A stretch of DNA of 64,000 nucleotides, from the NCBI GenBank assembly GCA_000004695.1, contig CM000152.2, positions 2,272,001-2,336,000 on the forward strand, in the 5' to 3' direction. The notes beneath the pieces were generated by a model. The model was given only the letters and a program-made list of their open reading frames with translations, had not been told where the DNA came from and made no database searches. This DNA is from Dictyostelium discoideum. Its lineage: Eukaryota. Below are positions 56,441-64,000 of this stretch, piece after piece; the stretch's first letter is position 1; every line of letters begins with the position of its first letter. Both the position numbers and the translations under genes were made by a program.

Positions 56441-56875
56441 TTTTTAATTTGCGACCTAAAAAAAAGGTTTTTTTTTTTTATTTTTCTTTTTTTATTTTTT
56501 ATTTTTTTTATTTTCAAAAAATATTTAGGATTGCACCATTTTAAATTTCTTTTAATTTTCCACCATTTTTTTTTTATTTTGTTTTTAACTTAAAGTTATT
56601 ATTGTAATTGATTAATATCTTTTTTTTTTTTTTTTTTTATCTAATTTATAAATTTTATTAAAATTATTTTTTATAAAAAAAATTATAAATTTAAGTTTCC
56701 AGAAAAATAATTTCCATAAAAGGAAAAAAAACTATAAAAAAAAAAAAAAAAAAAAAATAGAAAAATATAAAAAAAAAAAAAAAAAATAGAAAAATATAAA
56801 AAAAAAAAAAATTTGCCCTTTAACAGTTGGGTGATAATATCTTAGATAGGTAAGTATAAATTAAATATCGTTTGT

Positions 56876-56920
<45 letters not shown>

Positions 56921-56924
56921 AAAA

Positions 56925-57068
56925 AAACTATACATTACAAACAACCAATGTTGCTGTTAATAAATTAATGTGAAAAGTTCGCCCCCCTTTTGCCATCGTT
57001 AGTTACAAACTCCATCAAAACTAAAAAGCTTGATAATAAAAGGATCTGATAAAGACACACAAATATAT
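56925..57068. other. Conserved about 140-bp non-coding element (copy 2)
   Basis: See 54990-55133. Confidence 0.5.
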
Positions 57069-57429
57069 GTTTATATTAAAAAAATAAAAAAATATAAAAA
57101 AAATAAAAAAATAATAACAATAATAAAATAAAACAATAATAAAAATAATAATGGTCAATTAACCAAAAAAAAAAAAAATAAATAAAAAAAAAAAAAAATT
57201 AATTACAGCGCAAATTTTACAATTTCAATTTTTTATTTTTTTGTTTTTTTTTATTTTTTTTTTTTGTCCAAAAAAAATCTAAATAATTTTTCAAGGAAGA
57301 AGGTGAGTGGTCAATCCAAAAATTTTAAAAAAAAAAATTTTAAAAAAAAAAAAAATATGAAAAAAATAGATGCACACAAACAGTGCGGGGTGATTTAAAA
57401 TTATTAAAAAAAAAAAGAGATAACTTTAT

Positions 57430-57918
57430 TTATTTTATTAAGCAATGAAATATATTATTTTTCATTGTATTTGAAATTGAAATTAATTTTTTATCCCTTA
57501 TAAAACTATTTTTTTTAATTTGAAATCCAGATTGATGGCTTTTACGAAAATTTAAACTTTTTGGAATTTTAATATGACCTTCTTTTTCTAATTTTTTTAA
57601 ATGTTTTGAAATGGTTTCAATTTGATAATTATTTATATTATTGTTTTCATTTGAAATTATATTGTTATTATTATTATTATTATTACTATTATTATTATTA
57701 TTATTATTTATATTTTGTGTTTGTTTAAAATTATTATTATAAAAATTTAATTCTAGATCTAGGGTATCTTCAGATTCGTCGTCGTCCCAAACACCTTCAA
57801 ATTCGATTACTAATGGTTGAGTTGATAGAAATTGTCTTTGTTCAAGGAGATGACTAGTTGCGGAACTCATTGGATGAATTAATGATATTGTATTAAATTG
57901 TGGTAATAAACTTTCCAT
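57430..57918 (-). CDS. Same family, tandem copy C, 162 aa
   Basis: ATG 57918. See copy A. Confidence 0.65.
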   Translation of the reverse strand: MESLLPQFNTISLIHPMSSATSHLLEQRQFLSTQPLVIEFEGVWDDDESEDTLDLELNFYNNNFKQTQNINNNNNNNSNNNNNNNNIISNENNNINNYQIETISKHLKKLEKEGHIKIPKSLNFRKSHQSGFQIKKNSFIRDKKLISISNTMKNNIFHCLIK

Positions 57919-58159
57919 ATTTTTATTATTATTATTATAATTAATTTTTTTTATTTTATTTTATTTTTATTTTTATTTTTATATTTATTAGAAAATTTTT
58001 TTATTATTCTATTACAAATAAAATATTTTTTGATTTGTTTTTTTTTTTAAAAAAAATGAACAAAAAAAAAAAAAGAAAAAAAAAAAAAAAAGAAAAAAAG
58101 AAAAAAAAAAAAAAGGGTAATAATTTAAAAAATAAATTAAATTTAAATAAATTTTTTTA

Positions 58160-58230
58160 AACCGGGTCACCAAATGAATTTATAAAAGAATTTCGTCAAC
58201 AAAGATCTTTTTAGATTGTTTTGTGATTAT
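58160..58230. promoter_or_regulatory. Conserved upstream module (copy C) with AAAGATCTTT palindrome
   Basis: gggtcaccaaatgaatttataaaagaatttcgtcaacAAAGATCTTTttagattgtt; about 240-310 bp 5' of the ATG at 57918. Confidence 0.5.
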
Positions 58231-58676
58231 TTTTTTTTTTTTTAAAATTTGCGACCCAACCATTCCACAAACAAATGGTTTTTTTTTTTTTTTTTAATTT
58301 TGATTTTTTTAATATTTTTTATTTTTATTTTTATTTTTATTTTTATTTTTATTTTTTTTTATCGATACGAATTATTCCAAAAACAAATGGGTTTTTTTTA
58401 TTTTTCTTTTTTTATTTTTTATTTTTTTTTTATTTTTAATTTTATTTTGGCAAGTGGATTTTGCACCATTCAAAATTTTGACCTTTTTTTTTTTTTTTTT
58501 TATTTTTTTTGTTTTTTAAGTTATTATTATAATTGATTATTATCTTTTTATTAATACTAATTCTATTACTTTTATTTAAATCTATTTTTTATTATAAATA
58601 ATTTTAAGTCTCACAAAACTTTTTACTTAAAAAGGAAAAAGCCGAGAATAGCTAAAAATTTTAAATTTCATCAATA

Positions 58677-58748
58677 GTTTCGATAGCTCAGTGGAAGAGC
58701 AAGCGACTGCAAATCGTTAGGTCGCCAGTTCAATCCTGGTTCGGAACT
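58677..58748 (+). tRNA. tRNA-Cys (anticodon GCA), 72 nt
   Basis: The cloverleaf folds by hand: acceptor GTTTCGA/TCGGAAC (one G-T wobble). D-stem GCTC/GAGC with loop AGTGGAA. Anticodon stem AGCGA/TCGTT with loop CTGCAAA, anticodon GCA. Variable loop AGGTC. T-stem GCCAG/CTGGT with loop TTCAATC (B-box-like). Discriminator T. Followed by a T-run. Confidence 0.9.
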
Positions 58749-58751
58749 TTC

Positions 58752-58758
58752 GTTTTTG
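58752..58758 (+). terminator. Pol III oligo-T terminator downstream of tRNA-Cys
   Basis: TTTTT run within cgtttttgtt immediately 3' of the tRNA. Confidence 0.6.
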
Positions 58759-59116
58759 TTTGAGATGGGGTCTCCGAACTTCGTATTTTATAAAAAATTG
58801 TTATTTTCGTCTTGGTAGCCATAAACATACAATAAAAACCAATGGCTACTACATTTTAAAATTAAAATTCTTTTTTTAGTTTAAATTACCAAATAACTAC
58901 TTTACTTTTTAAAATTAGAATTAATAAATAAACTATTAATTATTGTTTATTTCCTTTAATGGATAAACACTGATTAATCAATATTAATAAAAAAAAAAGA
59001 AAAAAAAAACACAATTGGTGGACTGCAAATTAACGTGGTCCATAATTCATTTAATTAATACAGTTTTATTAATTGATTAATTTATCAAATTTTTAAATAC
59101 TGCATTAAAATGTAAT

Positions 59117-59147
<31 letters not shown>

Positions 59148-59596
59148 TAATAATAACACAAGGTATATAAATATATATAACAGTTTTCTATTTAATTTAT
59201 AGACATTTTATTTAGAATTTTTATTACAATTGTTTACTTTTTTTTATTTAATTTAATTTATTTAGTTTTTTTTTTATTTTTTTATTTGGTTTTAAATATA
59301 GCACCAATTCAATTAACAGTATTTTGTCGACATGACTCAAAAGATAAAGATTTTTTTTTTTTTTTTTAAAAAAAAAAAATTCTTTGAAAATTATTAAATT
59401 AATTTTTTTTTTTTTTTTTTATTAAAAAATTAAGAATTGTTTAAAAAAAAAAAAACAATAAAAAGAAATTTTTTTTATTTATTTTTTTATTAATAACAAC
59501 AATTTAAAATTATTATTAAAATCATTTGTTTATTTATTTGTTTATTTATTTATTTATTTATTTATTACTTATTTATTTTTAATTATAAAATATTAA

Positions 59597-60754
<1,158 letters not shown>

Positions 60755-61647
60755 AAAAAAATAAAATAAAATCAAACTGCCATATTGTATAATTAATTTT
60801 TCTTTTTTCCATTCGATTTATTATATGATAAATTGTAATATTTTTTTTTTTTTTTTTTTTTCTTTAAATTTATTTTTAAAATATTATACATGTTTTCTTT
60901 ATTTTTTTTATTTTATTTTTTTATTTTATAAAACCAAATGAATTCTAATGTTTGATTAATGGCTATAAACACACTGACACTATTAAAGAGTGAAAAATTT
61001 CTTTTCTTGATAAACGAAATGGATATTGGTGAACTTCTAATTAATTGATTTTTTGGGTCATGTATATCAAAATTTAAATATTTAATATTATTAAAAAAAC
61101 TTTAAGAATTGGGAATTGACCAAGAGAGGAGCTATTCTTGATTGTATAAGGAATAAACTTAATGATTTTTGGTTTTGAAACAGGTGAGGCAGTATATCTT
61201 GGGGTTAAAATACTTTGCATTTTTTTTTTTTTTTTTTAATTGTTATTTGTTATTGTTTTAGTTTGTTTGTTAATGAAAAAAATTATAAATTTCCCTCATT
61301 TTATACTAAATAATTTTGTTAATCAAATAACACTGACTATTTTAAAAACTGGCACTGACACTGACCCCTTAATTGAAAAAAAAAAATAGCTGGAAAAAAA
61401 AAAAAAAAAAATTGAAAAAAAAGTTGAAAAAAATATCTGATAATAAGAATGTCAATGCAAAAAAAAAAAAAAAAAAAAATTAATAATATTAATTGTCACA
61501 CACAAACTTGAAGTGAATTAATAAAACCATGAGAAAATAAAATTTAAAAAACTAGTTTTAATAGAATAACAAATTACTAATTACAAATGAAACAAATTTT
61601 AATTTTATATTATATTTTATTATCTACACTTTTTTTTTTTACTTTAA

Positions 61648-61680
<33 letters not shown>

Positions 61681-61693
61681 TATTTTTTTTAAA

Positions 61694-62224
61694 TTATATT
61701 TTTTTAAATTGGTCAGTATCTATTTTTTTACCAATTTGCATTGATTCTTCAATCTCTTTTTGAATTCTTCTATCTCTATCTTCAGGCCATTCTGGAACAG
61801 TTAAACCAACTCTATTTGAAGATTTTTCAACTCTTTGTCTTGATGAAAGACCAATATTATATGAATCCAAAAGTTCCTACATAAATATATTTATATAAAA
61901 TATTAATATTGTTTATTTGTATAATTTTTTTTTTTTTTTTTTAATTATTAATTATTAATTATTAATTAATAATTTTTTAAACTTTTCCTAATTTATTCAT
62001 ACACTTAAATCTTTTGAACTTTTAATTAAATATCTATATGATTTAACCTTATCTTGTAATGATCTAATTTCATTTGGATCAGTAACATCTTTATTATCTC
62101 TGAATAATTGAATAACATTTGTTCTCCACCATGGATCATATTTAAATGTATTATATCTTGTACCTTCTCTAATTAATCTTCTAAATAAAACCATTGAAGA
62201 TGTTGTTATTGTATTAGTTGTCAT
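61694..62224 (-). CDS. LYR-motif (Complex1_LYR) protein, LYRM4/ISD11- or NDUFB9-like; exon 1 is firm (62224..62003), proposed exon 2 is 61876..61694
   Basis: Exon 1 SMVLFRRLIREGTRYNTFKYDPWWRTNVIQLFRDNKDVTDPNEIRSLQDKVK follows the L-YR...F / FR(E/D)NK.V.DP.EI pattern of LYRM4 (established family pattern, recalled). It ends ..SSKDLS|GTATGA (62002). An AT-rich 126-bp interval ends tttatgtag|GAACTT (61877/61876, phase 0). The downstream exon has coding-like composition and reads ELLDSYNIGLSSRQRVEKSSNRVGLTVPEWPEDRDRRIQKEIEESMQIGKKIDTDQFKKI*. Its VPEW motif recalls NDUFB9. Exon 2 is an inference. Confidence 0.55.
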
Positions 62225-62390
62225 TTTATTTAATTTTTTTCTTTTTTTTTTTTGCTTATGTTAAACACAAATATGCAATCACTTTTTTATTCGTTTTTTT
62301 AAAAAAAAAAAAAAATGAAAATAATTTCCCACAAAAAAAAAAAAATAAAAAAAAAAAAAAAAATTAAAAAAAAACTTTTATTTAAATATT

Positions 62391-62440
<50 letters not shown>

Positions 62441-63028
62441 AAACCATGTAAAACCTAAAAAAGTGATTTAAATTTATAAATCTTTTTTTTTTTTTTATTT
62501 AATATTAAAATTAAACACAAAATTTTAATTGGGTATTCAATTTTTTAAAAAAAAAAAAATATCCAATATTTTTTATAATTTTTTATATACCACATTTTTT
62601 ATTAACTTTATCTTTTTTTTTTTTTTTTTAATAATTTATTTTCAAAATATTATAAAATCATTTTTATTTACTCTTTTTTTTTGATTAATAATTTTGTTTT
62701 TAAAGGAAAAATAAAAATAAAAAAATAATTATAAAATATAATCGCATATGCAAAGTTAATTAGTTTATTAAAAATAGTAAATAAATTTTATTTTAAAGAT
62801 GATTATTTTGATAATGTATATAAATTTTATGTACAATAAGAAAAGAAAAAAAAAAAAAAAAAGTGGTAGACATGACAACTTCACAAATGTTCTGAGTTTG
62901 AGAACTTCATTCCTTTCTTCATTTTTTTTCTTTTTTTTGATTTTTTTTTTTTTTTTTGTGATTTGGAAAAAAAGGTGGAAAATAAAATAAAAAACTTGGA
63001 AAAAAAAAATGATGATATATATATTTCA

Positions 63029-63066
<38 letters not shown>

Positions 63067-63073
63067 GAAAAAC

Positions 63074-63933
63074 TTAATTAATGATACATTTTGACTTATT
63101 ATGTGGAGATTCAAAAGTAATTTTTGGCCTTCTATTACTTGAATTTCTTAAAGGTGGTTGAGGTGAAGAACGGTTTGGATTAAATTCAACTTTTGGAGAA
63201 GTGGAATTATTATTATTATTATTACTACTACTATTCTTTCTTTTACTTGATCTTGAACTCTTATCACGTGAGCCAACTCTATCAGCACGGTGGTGGTGGT
63301 GATTTGTTGGATTTAAATCTTCACCACTAATTTCATTATCATCTGAATAGTCTTCATCATCTTGACCACTACTAGCATCATTATCAGAGCATATATAATT
63401 CTCACGAATTAAAGCCACATCAGAAATATTTGTACCAATTGAACTCTTTTTAATATTTACAGGGTCGAGTTCAATTGGGTGCACTGGTAAACCATTAATT
63501 AAATGTTCATTATTATTTGTATTAAATAATAAATTATTATTTGAATCAAATATTAAATTATTATTTGAATCAAATAATAAATTATTATCTCCATTACCAT
63601 GAAATTGTTGTGATTGTTGTAGTTGCTGTTGTTGTTGTTGATGTTGATGTTGGTTATTATGATGATGATGATGATGATGATCACTACTATGTAATATTGG
63701 AGTTGATGGTGGTTGATCACCCACTGATATAGAGGGTATATATTCTGGATCTTGTAAATCTATTGTATTTCCATCATTTTCATAACCAAAAATAAGTTCA
63801 TCATCTCCTCCTCCTCCTCTACCACCTCCACCATCATCACCTTCATCATCACCATATGCCATCTCTAATGGTAAAAATTTACTTTCTTCTAATAATGGCA
63901 CAAATGGTTCTACCTCTGGTATATATTTAATAC
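63074..63933 (-). CDS. Low-complexity (Gly/Asp, poly-His, poly-Gln, Asn-rich) hypothetical protein, 5'-incomplete in window or with an upstream exon
   Basis: The ORF-track 'M' at 63901 is a GTG. The frame stays open upstream (..HKFRWCIKYIPEVEPFVPLLEES..) to an aatttag acceptor-like site near 63934. Either an upstream exon lies beyond the window or the 5' end is not defined here. Confidence 0.45.
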
Positions 63934-64000
63934 ACCACCTAAATTTATGAAAATAAAAAAAAAGGTATTAATATTTATCTCTCTCTTATCTATTTAAATA

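Larger units (their letters stand above)
53400..58600. repeat. Tandem array of three direct repeat units of about 1.8-2.0 kb, each carrying one MESLL-family gene plus conserved flanking non-coding modules
   Basis: Gene starts at 54037, 56077 and 57918 (spacing 2040 and 1841). The landmark gggtaataatgtaaaaa is at 54297, 56312 and 58115. Non-coding blocks are conserved at about 90% between units (for example 54990-55133 vs 56925-57068). Confidence 0.8.

Noticed and set aside
58774-58786. External B-box downstream of tRNA-Cys (gggtctccgaac)
   Set aside because: Weak match to the GGTTCGANTCC consensus in either orientation. Mentioned in findings only as something to test.
59008-59020. ggactgcaaatta resembling the tRNA-Cys anticodon stem-loop, as a tRNA pseudogene fragment
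   Set aside because: Only about 9-12 nt of similarity with no flanking tRNA structure, most likely chance.
61040-61218. Possible small minus-strand ORF (MQSILTPRYTASPVSKPKIIKFIPYTIKNSSSLGQFPILK..., ATG at 61218 in an A-rich context) in a GC-normal patch 3' of the ubiquitin gene
   Set aside because: Under 50 codons, no convincing donor or acceptor to extend it, and no recognisable motif. It could equally be ubiquitin 3'UTR or terminator sequence.

Overview
This 64 kb window is a very A+T-rich eukaryotic nuclear segment, about 75-80% A+T outside exons. Several traits point to a Dictyostelium-like social-amoeba chromosome: long AAT/CAA codon runs giving poly-Asn/poly-Gln, short AT-rich GT..AG introns, huge homopolymer tracts, a head-to-tail polyubiquitin gene ending in an extra Asn, and a tRNA-Cys. 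This organism call is inference from sequence style only.

About 22 protein-coding genes can be supported. Many ORF-track fragments belong together and were merged by splice-site and phase analysis: (i) a roughly 1765-aa GRAM/RhoGAP/RasGEF multidomain protein at 81-5554 (-); (ii) a secreted parallel beta-helix (GGAI-repeat) membrane protein; (iii) three tandem paralogous genes of about 5.7 kb each at 8534-27214, all on the minus strand. Each paralog has a signal-peptide micro-exon followed by three further exons, and encodes a roughly 1740-1775-aa protein with a very large Cys-rich ectodomain and a C-terminal 7TM bundle. I do not recognise this family, and it is the most striking feature of the window. 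(iv) A JmjC + Cys-rich zinc-finger + PWWP protein whose first exon is the separate 125-aa ORF. (v) An actin-fragmin-kinase-like gene. (vi) A three-exon ERG25/SC4MOL-type methylsterol monooxygenase. (vii) A two-exon membrane-anchored aldehyde dehydrogenase. (viii) Four paralogous small 'MESLLPQFNTISLIHP...' genes, three of them in a 1.8-2.0 kb tandem repeat that carries conserved non-coding modules, including a perfect AAAGATCTTT palindrome about 300 bp upstream of each gene. (ix) tRNA-Cys(GCA). (x) A 5x polyubiquitin. (xi) An LYR-motif (LYRM4/NDUFB9-like) gene, plus several hypothetical proteins.

Other features are a 100-N assembly gap flanked by poly(A)/poly(T) tracts over 100 nt long, many microsatellites ((GATT)11, (ATAA)n, (TAA)n, (GAATCA)n) and GT-rich G-box-like clusters.

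The ORF track marks TTG/GTG alternative starts as 'M', so several ORF starts are not real initiators.
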